Of a stretch of DNA of 64,000 bases, positions 13,144 to 27,609 are shown in pieces; the stretch's first letter is position 1; every line of letters starts with the position of its first letter. The stretch is from Callorhinchus milii. Its lineage: Eukaryota. Below the pieces are notes generated by a model that saw only the letters and a list, made by a program, of their open reading frames with translations, was not told where the DNA came from and did no database searches. Made by a program: the position numbers and the translations under genes. Location: contig NW_024704743.1 of NCBI RefSeq assembly GCF_018977255.1, positions 109,742,001-109,806,000 on the forward strand, in the 5' to 3' direction.

Positions 13144-13650
13144 TAGGGCTGCAGATTTGGCATGACATTGTTTGTCAAAAAACATGGAGCAGTTACAGTA
13201 AATTTAGTGAATGTCACTGGCTTACGAGGAAATGTTGGGAGAAGTCATGGGTATGGAAATTCAACTTTCTCTCTTCATCCTCCCAATTTCCAACGTCTAA
13301 ACCGGAATGCGAAAAACCTTTACCTTGGAGTACGGAAAGCAGCTGGGCTGTATGCAAGTGTCCGTGAGAACACTTTTAATTTCCTGCATTAACCTTGAGA
13401 GAGGCCGCCACATTCCCTAACCCAGCCCAGCCACCTCCCTGCTAAATTGAAGCAAGGAAGCAACTGGGCTGTGTGAGCGAGTGTGCCAACCTCGTGAAAA
13501 CAGTTTGAATTTCCTGTGATAACGTTGAGAGAGGCCACCACATGCACTGGTCTCTCTCAAGGTTAATTCGGGAAATATATGGTTTTGTCATGAACAAACA
13601 GAAAAATCACGGTATCCGTGACTTTTTTCTACCATGACAAATCTGCAGCC
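13144..13650. mobile_element. Non-autonomous hAT-type DNA transposon, ~507 bp
   Basis: TIRs TAGGGCTGCAGATTTGGCATG (13144-) and CATGACAAATCTGCAGCC (-13650). The 8-bp TSD CTCATAGT is at 13136-13143 and 13651-13658. Internal subterminal repeats are present. Confidence 0.85.
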
Positions 13651-14089
13651 CTCATAGTGTCTACAAATTAGCCATTACATCCTAAAATAACATTAGCTGA
13701 GACATTTCTAACATAAGTTGCTATATGAGATGCAAGCATTACAATTATTGTATTAGCTCACCCAGCAGAGTCTCCACACACTTTACATGATTCCCATGTA
13801 CAATCATACAGCAAAGGGGTCCCTCCATTCCAGTCATACTCATTTACGTCCTGAAGGAGCTTTTTTTACTTACGGAGTGAGACAACAGTTACCCATCCAG
13901 CGCTTTCTCAGCATGGTTGTCCTCAAGTTATGTCAAAGAAATGCCCCCATGTACATGGGTAACCTGCGTATATAACAGTGCAACCCCATTTTTTTATAAC
14001 GCAAATTGGGTTTTAACACAGTTGATCTATGGCAACCATTCTCTCTGCATGAGCGCAGCCAGTTTAGCCTCCTGCGCTAATAAATGGCT

Positions 14090-15320
14090 CAACAACAACA
14101 ACAACAAAATTACACTTGTAAAGCGCCTTTCACGTTGGGAGGACATCCCAAGGCACCCAATAGTCAGGGATCAGGACCCGGGCATGGGGGTGCAGGGTTG
14201 GGATGAGGGAGGGCAGAGGGGCTAGGAGGACGGTTGAAGGCACAGTCAAAAAGGAGGGTTTTGAGTTGTGCCTTAAAGAAGGCAAGTAAGGGAGCAAGAC
14301 GAAGGCACTGTGGAATTCCAAAGGGTGGGGGCAGAGAGGCTGAAAGTCTGGCCACCGAGGGTAGGGTGGATCGGGCGGAAGACATGGAGCACGCCAGAGC
14401 CTGCTGAGTGGAGGGAGTGGACAGATTGTTAGGGGGTTAGCAAGTCAGAGGTGTAGGAGGCGGCAAGGCCATGGAGGGCCTTGAAAGTGAGGATGAGGAT
14501 TTTGAATTCTCTCCTCTGAGGGATGGGGAGCCAGTGGAGCCGGGCGAGGGTGGGGGTGATGGGGTTACGGAGCCTAGTGCAGGAGAGGACACGAGCTGCA
14601 GAGTTCTGGTTGATCTGTAGCTTGTGGAGGGAAGATTTGGGGAGGCCGACAAGGAGGGAGTTTCTGTAGTCGAGCCTTAAGGTGACAAATTTGTGCATAA
14701 AGGTTTCGGCGGCCTGAGGGGTGAGACAGTGGCGTAGTCGGCCAATGCTGCGAATGTGGGGGAAGGCAGAGCGGGTCATGGGACGAATATGGGGGAGAAA
14801 GGACAGTTGAGGGTTGACCAAGCCACCCAGGTTTCCGACTGGCTTGGTGAGGTGGAGTGTGCACCCTTGGATGCCGATGCTGCCAATTCCTGAGGTGTGG
14901 AGGCGCTGGCGTGAGTCAATCAGGAGGCCCTCGGTTTTGCTGACATTTAGCTGTAAAAAGTTGGCTCTCATCCAAGAATCATTGTCAGGACAGCAGTGGT
15001 CCTGGAATTCAGGGTAGAGGCAAAGAGAAATAATTGGGTGTCATCCGCGTACATGTGGAAGTTGACCCCATGTCTGCGGGTGATATCACCAAAGGGGAGC
15101 ATGTAGAAGTTGAAGATGAGGGGACTGAGGACATAGCCCTGAGGGACACCTCACGAGACTGTGCAGGGGCTGGAAGAACAATCATTGGTGGAGACAAATT
15201 GGAGACAGTGAAGGTTGAGGTGAGAGGAGAGGCGGTGGAGGAGGATGGAGTGGTCCACGTTTTCAAAGGCAGCAGAGAGGTCGAGGAGGCAGAGGGAGCC
15301 AGAGTACCATCAACATCATT
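14090..15320 (-). mobile_element. L2 LINE 3' fragment (second subfamily) including part of the RT
   Basis: ORF 14429..14971 ([14 protein letters not shown]...LHWLPIPQRREFKIL). The RT YADD region is near 15030-15060. (CAA)n tail at about 14090-14108. Confidence 0.92.
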
Positions 15321-18300
15321 TCTTGCTTTGCGATTGCGCCACACATAGAAAGCTGCAGTGACCCGAAAATCAGTCCTTTATTCTTTTAGAGCAGGAACAG
15401 TGGCAGTGAGAACCTCTGTCATGCCTTGCTACAGGGCTTTTATAATGAGTGATTGAGATGGGATTTTATGGATCTAAAGCATTGATACAACAAGGCTCCA
15501 CTGTATCTATATACAGTATTAAATCGTACCACAGCAGACAATGGCTCTGACACATGAACTGTTACTGGGATTCTCCACACTCAGCTTATTCGCGGTCATA
15601 ATACGATTTCTCCTCTGAAAACAGTTACCACACAACACAAATTTACATTTACACAGCGCCTCTCACATCGGGAGGAAGTCCCAAGGCACTTAACAGGTGC
15701 TTAAGATGACCGATAGAGCACTCAGAGACAATCTCAAGTTGCTTTAATGTTCAGCACTTTTTCTCTCTCTTGCTGTCTCTGAGTTTCTCGTTTTCTCTCT
15801 CTCACTATCTCTGCCTCTCTCACGTATACTTACGCCCTCTATCTCTCACTTGCCTCCTTCAAGACCCGTCTCAAGACTCTCCTCTTCGTCCGTGCCTTCT
15901 GTCATACTCGATCCCTACCCTGCTCTCCACCCTCCCCGATCCCAAGTCTGAAACACTGAATGTCCAAAATCTTGGAATGTCCTTCCGATGTGAAAGGCAC
16001 TATAACGATGTAATTTTGTTGTTGTTGTAAGCCAAATCCTACCAGGCTAGCCGGTCAAGTACAGGAACCCTGCCAGTGATAGCACTGACAGGCTATGTGG
16101 TTTCAGCTGGATAGACTCCAGCAGTACCACAATGTATACTGTGGGGTCCCCAAGCCTTGGCTCTCTTTTCGCACCAACCTGTGTTAAAACTTTGGAATAA
16201 GGTAAGCAGGGTGTGCATTCCATTCTAGACACAGAAAAATTTCCATGTGTAGGTGACATACATAGCAGTCTGGTTTGTATACTCTTAAGAATGATGATCT
16301 GTTTCTGCATATGTCAGTCACCCAACTGACCAAACAAATTGAACCGTAGCCTAATCCTTAAGCCTCAGAAAGCAATGATTTTCAGTTCTTCACAGAGTTT
16401 TCAAGATCACAGTCTTAGATGATTAATGATTGACACATAGTCTGCAAGTAACCTGTAGTTACGTCTCTTCTCTAGGTTGCCTCTAAGTATTCACAATCAT
16501 CCTCTAAACACGTGCAATAATCACACCAGGCACCATTTCTCTATACAGTTGGCTGAACAGTGTCCTTTCTTAAGCCCCACAGCTCTGGAGATTACACTTA
16601 GTGTTTATGCACAGTGCCTTTGGCAATTCCTGGCTATAAAGGAGAAATTCCATTTGTATCTAACATCATCATAGGTGGATGTGCATAACTTCAGTTTTTA
16701 TCCACGTGAAATTGCTTTGAGACGTCCTCATGCAAATGTATTGTAAAGTGTAGTGACCGAGTATTTGTAGGTGGAAGTTGCCAGCCAATTTGCTCATAGC
16801 AATGTCCCTCAACTAGCCATGAAATGAATGACCAATTTTATCTGGAGGATTGCTGTAGCTAGGACACTGCGAGAAACCTACTGACCCTTGATGTTATCCA
16901 AACGTCTGTGTGATCTGTAACGTCCACCCAAACATCTCCACAAATCTAGTGCTCCATTTTCCCCTCCAGCCTGCGTTTTCCCTCTCCGATTGTCAACCTG
17001 GACCTGTGAGAACATTCTGACAAAGTGTCAATCTCTCAACCCACAATTTTACTTGGACTGTGACCAGATTTTCATCAAGCTCTTGTTTCATAGCAGTAAA
17101 TCAAGCCATCATTAAGCACTGTAGCTGTGAGGCTCCATCGCACACCACTGCTCTGTCTGGGAAAAGGATTGTTAATTTTACGTCTGTGCCCTCCAGTTCT
17201 CCACTCCTCCTTATTCAGGAGGGATTGATGGTGATTTAATGGCATGACTGTGGTTGCACTTTTCGCCGCCTTGAATTAAAAATAAATTTGTACTAACAAG
17301 GGAGTTGCTTGGAGGAGGGTAAATCAGACTTGCTTTGAAAATCAGTTTACAATAATATTCCTCATATTTGATACAGAGCATGTATCATTGACAGATTTCA
17401 AAGCGCTTCCCAGGGAGGTGCTGTCAGGCGCAATGACTGTGTTTGTAGGTGAAACAATTTAAAGCGAATGACCAATTTTTTAAAAAACGTTTTAAAAACA
17501 ACAGGAGAAACTTCTTTCTCTTTTCAAATAGAGCTGGCAGGGCATTGCACATCCTGATAATCCTCTAATGCAAAACAATTTCTCCTAATCTCCCCTTTGA
17601 TCCACTGAGTAACACAACTTGACAACAATTGATAATACCAGTGTTAATCGTCTGTCACACACACACATTAAACAAGACAAGACTCGACTCCACAGATGTA
17701 AACGCTTGTGCTCTGATGTCCTCTGTCTTCATTTCACCCCTAAACCTCAAACTACATACAAGCCACACTCACCCACTGCCACACACTCACCCACTGCATC
17801 AGGCAATAATTACTGTAAAGCACTCTGACAATTTGTACTATAAAAAAATGCATGTTCTTATATAGCACCCACAGTACACAAACACTACACTTTACAGTAT
17901 ATCCTGTGAAGCACTTTGAGACGTCTCGAAGACGTGATAAGTCACTATATCAAATGCAAGGATTATTATTATTTATTGTTATAACTGATCTCACTGCCAA
18001 ATAACAGGAGAATGCTTACATACAGGGCTGGTGCTCTCTGGTTTTATTTTTATTGATTTGTCTTGTTAACATTTTCCAAGATAATAACGAGCTTTATTTG
18101 ATTTTTTTCTCCGATTTTTAGTGACATCTTCCATGGCCGATTTCTGGGGTGTAAGGTTTCCATGGACATCAATTTGTGCGCCGTTAATGACACTTCCAGC
18201 CCGATGTGCAGAGTGTGACATTTGCAACATTGCCTGCACATTCCTCTCCTGTGCAACACACAAGATGTGACATCAGTGGTGACCATACGACCCAGAAGTT

Positions 18301-18782
18301 GGCCATTTTTGAAGTCGAAGCAATAAAAAAAATGTTTTCAAAAGAATAGTGGTTAACGAGAGGAAATCATTTTCCGTGATTTGGATAAAATTGACAAACT
18401 CGGCAAATGCTAATTTTTACCAATTAAATTGGAAAACGGTAAGCCTATTTATATATTCCAGCTACTTCTTTCAGAATCAAGCTTCACGCTTTCTTGGACT
18501 AACATTTCATATCATCACTTTGATAGGATGGTTTATGTGAAGAATGCTGAATAATTAGATAATGGTTCGGATGGAGAAGGCCCTATGGCTCATTTGATCT
18601 CATACTTCTACAATGCCCACCTTACTGTCTTCCCATTGCAACATACAACCATTTCTTAAATAAGTCCAATGTCCCAGACTCCACCATCTTCCTGGGTTAC
18701 CCCCCTGGGGCTATTCATTAACCCGCTGGGCAAAGAAACACTTCCTGGCATCTGTCCTAAAAAGTACAAGGCAAAAACAATG

Positions 18783-19197
18783 AAATCTTTGCATTTGATA
18801 GTGCCTTTCATGTCAGGAGAATGTTTCAAAGTGTTTCACAGGATTTACTGTAAAGCGTAAAGTGACTGTGTGATTTGTGGGTGAAATGCAGCTAGTTTGC
18901 GCACAGCACTATTCCATAAACAGTCATGAAGTGAATGACCAATTTTATTTGGGGGATTGTTGACAGGTATACCAGGAGAAACTCCCTTTTCTTTTTGAAT
19001 TGTGCTATGGGTTCTTTCGCATCCATCTAAACAGGTAGTCTGGCCCTCGGTTTAACATGTCATCTGAGGAATGGCACCTCTCATAGTGCAGCACTTCTAA
19101 TACAGTCACTATTGGAGTGTTACCCTAGCCTGTAGCTTAAAGTGACTTGAATCCACAACCTTCTGACTCACCTACTACCAACTGCGCCAGGCTGACA
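18783..19197 (-). mobile_element. SINE family B
   Basis: Reverse complement of head, core and tail. Confidence 0.8.
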
Positions 19198-19669
19198 CAA
19201 TGCGACAAAACCAAAGTGGTTGCTTAATGACAGCTTAATTCGCCTCCTTTCTCTTGTGTCTCTAGCCATTCCTACGTCTCCAGCTATTACTGTATCTGGG
19301 TGATGCAAATTACCCTAGAATATTAAGATAAAATGAAAGTCTGTGACATCTTTGTGACAAAGCGGAAATAGCAGTACATGACAGATTACCATGTCGGGCC
19401 GGTAAGATTAATAGATGATTGTGTGCACAGGGTTCTGCATAGTATACGCAGAACAATGTCAGTAAGCTTTTGCTGCTGTAGAGGGCACGAGGAAGAAACG
19501 TGAAGGCACAGTGAGAAGTGATGCCTGCAAGCGTCCTTCTAGTCTGCAAACTTTTTTCTATTTTTGCAGTGAGCTTACTTCAGGCAAAGTAAGCGGGTTG
19601 CTTTTGCCCTGTCAGATAGGACCCCACCCACCCAGCCCAGATTAATATCTGATCCGAAGGACATCACCT

Positions 19670-19685
19670 CCAACCTGTCTCAGTT

Positions 19686-19716
<31 letters not shown>

Positions 19717-20081
19717 GTGGTTTCAAGCTCTACATTGGGACTTCAAACTCATATAGTCTAGGGTGACACTAGGGAATGCTGCATTGTCGATAGTGACGTC
19801 CTTCGGATGAGACTTAAATCGAGGACCCATCTCTGCCTGTTCAGGTGGACATTATAGATTCCACGGTGCTATTTGAAAAGAGAAGGGAGTTTCTCCTGGT
19901 CTACAATCCCCAGTTAAAATTGGACATTCACTTCATGGCTATTTGTGGGATATTGCTGTGTGCAAATTGTCTGCCATGTTTGTCCACAAAATACAATCAC
20001 TGCCCTTTACAGTACATCCTGTGATTGGCTTTGAGGCATCCTCCTGATGTGAAAGTCACAATACCAAATATAAAGATTATG
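19670..20081 (+). mobile_element. SINE family B
   Basis: ctcagttggtagcactcttgcctctgagtcagaaggttgtgg head; same core and tail as 6059-6512. Confidence 0.85.
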
Positions 20082-21365
20082 TAAGGTTTAACAATACACT
20101 AATTCCAACCAGCACTGCACTGGAATGTCAGCCCAGACTATGGGGTAGAAATTTGCTCTACTCTAACTTCAGAATGCCCAGAATTTGCCAAAGTTCTTAA
20201 ATATGGCCTTTAAAATTTGTGTTTTGCAAAGCATGTGTCTGTCAAGCTGCGGAGTATAATTGGCTTTGGGTTTTGGTGGAAAATGTGGAAATGCAATGAG
20301 AGGTCCCACCGAACAGCCATGTACCAGCTACCAACTAGGCTGAGAATGAACCACTATCATTAACACTTAACAAAGATTACCAATGAAGAGCTTTGAGACA
20401 TTGATAGATGCTGTAGCAAGGATTAATATTATTATTAAAGAGAAGGGAGTTTTTGCTTGGCCAACAATTCTCTGGATAAAATTGGTAATTCGCTTCACTG
20501 ACTGTTCATGTGAAATTGCCGTGCTCGAATTGGCCGCCTCATCAAAATACAAGCTCACTACACTACCCAGTAAAGCGCTGAGAGGTCTTCATGATGTATA
20601 AGACGCTATATCAAATGCAAGTATTATTATTATAAAATTTAGAAGCGAGGGGAAAAACATATGTCACACTCATGTTCAGAAGCCTTTCGTTTACACAGTG
20701 TAATAACTGTATTTGGATGTTTTCACTTGAACACAAATAGATGTGACAGCACTTTGACAAGAAATCTTAAAATCTCCCTGTTGAGGCATGGTGCCCGAGG
20801 CTCTGGCACAAAGCAGTAATTAAGAGAGCGGTTTTGCTGCCCTGTAACTGTCACTGCTGTAACATTTTTGAAGCCCCACTACAAAGCTTCAACTAATGAG
20901 AATGGGAGGCACATGTGTCTCCAATGTGGAAGAGGTGAGAAGCTTCGAAGAACACTGAAAATTAATTGAATTAATATTGGGAGCAGATGGTTTCCATTTT
21001 CCTGGCTGGATTTGAACATTAAAATGTTCATAAGAAAGCAACACAGAGGTGCCAACATCAATTTACAACAAATCGTGGATCAATCTGCTGCTGGTGTCTT
21101 CCACGTGTCTTCCATTGTTGCGCTTGGAGCATGGTCAGAAAACAAAAAATGTTATGGCATTGAAAGATACCAACCAACCTATATCCTATATAGGAAACCA
21201 GGGACAGGAGCATTCCATTCAGCCCATCTAGCCTGTTCTACCAGTTCATTACATCTTAGCAGATCTTTTCCCAATGCCCTGCCTTTCGTCATGCCCCTTA
21301 ATACCTCTATTAGCCAAGTCTTTGTCTGCCTCTTGTTTCAGAAAACGATTGATTCCACCTGTAAC

Positions 21366-22311
21366 TTGAATTGTTCTTTGCCTCCATTCTCGATTCCAGG
21401 AGAACTGACGTCTTGACAGACTGTCTGTCAGACGTCGTGTTGGATGAGAACCAACTTTCTACAGCTGAATGTCAGCAAGAATGAGGCTCTCCTGATTGGC
21501 CAATGGAAGAGCCTCCACATCTCAGGCACTGGTAGCATCAGCATCCCCGGTTGCACACTCCACCTCACCAAGCCAGTCAGGAACCTGGGCGTCTTGTTTG
21601 ACCCTCAACTTACTTTCTCCCCCATATCTGTGCCATGATCTGCTCTGCCTTATACCACCTCCGCAACATTGCCCGACTCCACCATTGCCTCACACCTCAG
21701 GCCGCCAAAACCCTCATACACATGTTCATCACCTCAAGGCTCAACTACGGAAACTTCCTCCCTGTTGGCCTCGCCAACTCTTCCCTCCACAAGCTGCAGA
21801 TCATCCAGAACTCTGCAGCTCGTGTCCTCTCCCGCACCAGGCTCAGTGACCCCATCACCCCCACCCTCGCCCAGCTCCACTGGCTTCTCATCGCTCAGAG
21901 GATAGAATTCAAAATCCTTGTCCTCACTTTCAAGGCCCTCCACAGCTTTTCCCCCTCCTATCTTTCTGACCTGCTAACGCCCTATCAACCTGTCCGCTCC
22001 CTCTGTTCAGCAGGCTCTGGCCTGCTCCATGTCTCCTGCCCTACCATTGGTGGCCGGGATTTCAGCCTCTCTGCCCCCACCCTCTGGAACTCCATCCCAC
22101 AACCCCCTCGCCTTGCTCCCCCCCTCTTCCCTCCTTCAAGGCACGACTCAAGATCCTCCTTTTCAACCGAGCCTTCAGTTGCCCTCCTATCTCTCTACCC
22201 TCCCTCATCCCAACCCTGCCACCACACGCACGGGGCCTGATCCCTGATTGTTCAGCGCCTTGGGATGTCCTCCTGACCCGAAAGGCTCTACAAATGTAAT
22301 TTTGTTGTTGT
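21366..22311 (+). mobile_element. L2 LINE 3' fragment (second subfamily), inserted into a minus-strand CR1 fragment
   Basis: ORFs 21444..21638 and 21635..22240 (MRTNFLQLNVSKNE, LHWLLIAQRIEFKIL); tail aaatgtaattttgttgttg. TGTAAC is duplicated at 21360-21365 and 22312-22317. Confidence 0.92.
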
Positions 22312-24473
22312 TGTAACAGCTTTCCGAGGCAGAGATTTCCACATCTTCACAAGCCTCTATGTAAAAAAATGCTTCCTGACCTTAATTCTGTTTTTAAGGC
22401 TATGCCCACCCTGTAATGGATCTCTCCACCATTTGCCTGAAAGATGCACAGTTAGCACACTTTACAGTATGAATGATGAATTTTATCTGGGGGATTGTTG
22501 GCCAGGACACTATGAGGAACTCCCTTGTCTTTTCAAATGAGGACCCATGCGATATTCAATACCCACTGGAACATGCACTTCCCACAATGAAGTACAGCTC
22601 TGCGATGCAGTGTGAGCCTAGACTGTGAGTTCGATGTTTTTGAGGTCTTGAAAGTGCTTTGATCCTACGACTTTCGGACTCGAGAGTGTTATTGACTGAG
22701 CCAGGCAGACACAACGTTTAAGGTATTATGTGAAAAGAATCCCTGTAGCCTGATGCCAAGAGTTGAAAGAGCCAGTGCGTGCATCCTAACCATTCCGATT
22801 TATCATTACATTCACCGGTTGATTAATAAAGAGCAGACCTTAACTTGGGTGAGATCTGAAATGGCTTCCTCTCAGATGCTCTTACCTCAGACATATCCCA
22901 GGGGGATTAATTGATGCATTTTACAAACGGTTGTATACTGAAGTTACAGTGGAAGCTAAATTCATCAGGAGTAATTGGCGAGATTAATCGCCTCTCACTA
23001 CTCACTCGACAGGTACCGTTCAGTGGATGGAAGCAGCGGGAGCTTTTACAACTACTATGGTTGTTAAAAATCTATTGCAGCTTTCAGGCAAAATGCATCA
23101 AGTTTAAATGAGGAGGACATCAGAAGTTGTTCATCTGAAGGGGAATTGAGTTTCACCTCTGGGTCCGAAGGTTGTGGGTTCAAGTCCCACTTTGGGACTT
23201 TGAGCTCACAGTATAGGCTGACAATCCAGTCCAGTGCGGAAGGGGCCCCAGATAAAATTGATCGTTCACTTCACGGCTATTTGTGGGGCACTGCTGTAAG
23301 TATCCAATACATACACCGACACTTAATAAGGAATCCAAGCAGTAACTCAAGGCTCTTCTGATTATCTTAGGGACCTTAAATTTTGCACATTCTGAGGCCT
23401 AAATGAACTGTCTCAACATTTTAAGATTAATTTTGGAATAGAGACGATTTTCTCCATTTATACCCTAACATGTGTACGCATGTACGTTGAAGCATCATGG
23501 ACGTGTTGTTGTTGACATAAGAATCATGCACCATAGGAATATATATATACACTATTGCTAAGCTTTGCCAGTACAACACATATATTTGTAATCATTTTAA
23601 CATTATAAACCATTAGATTTTGTTAGATTGACTATTATAAATAGACTGACTATTATGTTGTTCATTATGCATTTGCTTATAATGGAAGTTACTTTATGTT
23701 CCTACTACTATGCCTTTCAATGAGATTGCGCTAAGAACTTTTGTAACTTTGATATAAATGAATAGTGTCTGTGTCAATCAATAATTTTGCCAGAATGGTA
23801 GAGAAAGAATAAAGGATTAGAGGGGCTTGGTATGCAGCAGCAAGCGGGTAGCCAATGTGAGTTGTTACATTCTTGTCTCTCTAAAGTACAGTATGGGTTA
23901 ATCATTAAGGTCAGCATTTGATAAAGGTAGCTGCTTGTAAGAAAAGTATAACGGATGAAAATTGTAAGACAATTAAAAAATAATGATAGATTGAAGCAGG
24001 ATGGTTGAGCACAAGATTGAAAAACATGTTGTTATGGGGTATAAGTATCAGTCACTAACTAGCCTAAAGTTGGAACAGTCCTCCGGAGGATAGAAGACAA
24101 AGAGATAATAGGCAGAAAGAAAATCACATTCCCTTGATCCCCAGATTGGTAATCTAACTTTCTGTATCATGCACATTGCTATATAATGGTTTCTTAAACA
24201 GAACATTCTGTCTCTGAGCTTGATTATCTTGGTGTCTGAAAACATAAAAAGACTTTTAAGATAATAATTTCATTTAAATACAAAGAAATTTTAAAATAAT
24301 AATAATCCTTGCATTTGATATAAGCGCCTTATCAGTCATTGAGACGTCTCAAAGCACTTCACAGAATATACTGTAAAGTGGACTGACTGTGTATTTTGTG
24401 GGTGAAACGCAGCAACCAAATGCGCACAGCAGTGTCCCATATGATTAAAGTAGAGTGATGATTTCAGTCAACA

Positions 24474-24566
24474 ATGTATATGCATGTGTGCATTTGTTTG
24501 TGTATGCATACATGTGTGTTTGTGTGTGTGTGCATGCGCACATGTGTGAGTGCATGTGAGTGTGAA
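24474..24566. repeat. Degenerate (TG/CA) alternating purine-pyrimidine microsatellite
   Basis: tgtatatgcatgtgtgcatttgtttgtgtatgcatacatgtgtg... Confidence 0.8.
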
Positions 24567-27500
24567 CACTTGTTGTGGGTTAGCTCAATGAAGAAACTAA
24601 AGAAAAACTGTTTCTTTACGAACGGTTTTAAAGGGATCCTCAGAGCAATTTCATGAAAAAAAGAGATGAACAGCAACTAAAAACAAATAAAACTAAACAT
24701 TGGCCTCCACTTTAAGGTGCTGAAGGCTTCTGGGACTGTTTGAACTCCAGGGTGGAAGATAAACTGGGTAACTGCGATACCAATGACAAAGCCATAGGTT
24801 CCATGGCTTCTCTGACTAGCTTGTCACACTCATAGCTTGGGGATATAGTTACAGTGACTTTTTTCTCTCTGTCTTATATTTGAGCTAGATTGTTTCTCCA
24901 GGGCTGCTTCAGGTCTCAAGTGTACAGCAGCAGTCTCCGTCATCAGCTCCTCCAAGGCTCCATTCATCTTCCGAACCCCTGGGACTGTATTAATCCTCAA
25001 TTTGTTGGAGAAGAGTGTATGTGTGTTTGGGAAATGAGGACGAAAGGAAAGAATTCATTAGTTTGAATGGAATTGCTGATTATAAACAAAACTGGATCCA
25101 AACCCAGGAGTGAGCAGAGAGGAAAGGGGGAGGGAGGAAGGGCAGCATCAGGCAGTTCTAAGGCAATGCTGGGGGTTAAGATTTTAATTAGCGGCTGTGT
25201 GGTTTCTTATGTCAATGAATGAAAAAATAATAATCCTTGCATTTCGTAGAGTGCATTTCATGTCTCAAAGCACTTCACAGGATATACTGTAAAGTGTAGT
25301 GGCTGTGTGTTTAGTGAGTGAACACAACAGCCAAATTGCGCACAGTCATTGAATGACTGACCAATTTTATTTGGGTGATTGTTGGCCAAGATACCGGAAA
25401 AAACCTCTTTCGCTTTTCAAATAGTGCCATGGGATTTTTAACATTCACGTGAATACTGACATCTCATCCAAAGAACGCCACCTTTCTACACCTCTGGTTG
25501 GTGTAGTTAGGGATATGCTTGTGAAATTGGAAGGTTAAGGATGGAGAATCGATGGAGCTTTATTCAGCATCCAACTTGTACTTGAGCCCATTCCGGGCAC
25601 AAGTAATGCTAGGGCGCTATGCTCATGTATACACTGTTGCACTGTCCAGCAGTGACCTCCGTGAGTAATCACATATCCTAAGCTATTCCCCAAAAGGAAA
25701 AAAAAATCAGATTTACATACTGAGCTGATTGGCAGCATAATCTTTTGGAGAAAAGCAGAGAAATGCCAGGTGTCTGACATGTGTGGAAGAACTATGATCA
25801 CGCTTAAGAGTATCAGGACTGTTGAGAGTTGCATATATGTGTTTGCTACTTGCAGTGTGGAAATTTCCCTGTGTCGGGAATGGAGTGCGGACTCCTGTGA
25901 AGGATTGCGAAACGTCCCTCTGATGTGAAACATGTTCTACCAAGTGCAAAGATTTTATACCAAATGCAAGAATGCCAGCAAGGGGAACTATTTCAGCCGG
26001 GGGTGATCTTTTGGGCGTGAATTTTGTTTGAATGTGAGGCATTAGATACCAACAACACTTGGCAGTGACACAAGATGTGGCATCCAAAGTAATGAAAGTT
26101 TTATTGCACAGTTCGAATGTGTGATATTTGGAAAAAAAAACCCTGAAGAATGTGACCTTTAAAGTTAATGGCTGGGATGAAGGATTTACTTAATGTGGAG
26201 ACCTGTGGGACTCTTTTGTGCAAGATTCACGTCTGGTTCCCTGGGTGATGAAATTCTCGACACTTTCAAGCACCGTAAACCTTAACTGGCAAAATCCCCC
26301 CAAACCGCGGTGCTCACAAAAGCACTCGAGTTTCAAAAGTGGAAACTAATTTTTCAAATTAAATTTTGTTTCTGAAGACGCCAGGCGTACTCTATAATAA
26401 TAATAAAAATAATAAAAACAAAGTGGAGTGACTATGTGTTTTGTGAGCAAACGCAGCAGCCCAATTTGCTGGAAGCAATGTCCCACACACAACCGTGAGG
26501 TGATTAATAACCATTATTTTTATCTTGGGAACGTTGGCCAGGACACTGGCAGAAACTCCCTTCTCCTTTTCAATTTCAAATTTGACCCACAAAATACGCA
26601 ATCAATCCACTTTACAGCACATCCTATGAACAGGAAGCCCCCGCAAACAGCCGTGAGGTGGACGACCAATTTTATCAGTCGGCACCATAAGAAATTCCCG
26701 TGCACTTTTCCAATAGTGTCACGTGATAACAAGCAGATGGGACTCTGGTTGAACGTTTCACAGTGCCTCCGACAATGCAGTGTTCTGAAGCCTCCCCATA
26801 TGTTGCACTGTAGTGTCACCCTGGACCTTGCGCTCAAAGACCTGCCACTGGGCTTGAACTAACCTTCTGACCCAGCGCTAGCAAACTGAGCCAAAGTGCA
26901 AATCTGTCCTGAAAGAAATGAAACCCAGTGAACCCAATGATCGACGTGACTGAGCTCGACCACGGTGTGTTCTTTGAACATTGAGGACTGTCCATATGGA
27001 TTTGCAATGGTCCCTTCTGGTCCTGGAGATTCCTGCCTTCCAATGTACGTTCCTTCAACACGGAGCAATGCGGAAGCAGATGAACAGAAGGCTGCACAGA
27101 AGAACCCTCCGTCTTGGGTGGTGTCAATAATTAATTGCTCCAAATAAATGAGTAGCCATCTGTCTTGGGCTGGGGGCTCCTTATAGTTCCTCCAGGTCTT
27201 CACGGAGGTTAAGATGCATTCGAAGTCGTTGAGGGCAGAACAGAGTATGGATACACTGCAGTGGGGTGGCAATGCTGTGGTGTGATAATGATCCCATTCC
27301 ATAAAGTACCAAGTACACTGAAGCCAGGACTCAAAATGTCCCAGTGACAGCCAGCAGTGGACTGGGCATCAATGGTGCTAGTGCAAATTTAAATACCTTC
27401 TTTGAAACCCAACCATCCTGACAAATTTGGGTGGTTGGGGGAGGCTTTCCACCTCCAGTGATAATTTGCGATTGCTTTGCCTGCAATTTTAGTTGAGGCG

Positions 27501-27609
27501 ATAATTCTCAGCGGTGCAGCACATTCCATACCGCAGTTTTTACCCCCTCCTCACTTCTGTTCTTTTACCTTCAAGCTGAATTGTGGGGCACGTTTAATTG
27601 TTTCTGATA

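Noticed and set aside
24830..24986. Possible alternative TM-less terminal exon (tacag|TCC CAG GGG TTC GGA AGA TGA)
   Set aside because: The acceptor has a poor polypyrimidine tract and there is no supporting homology.
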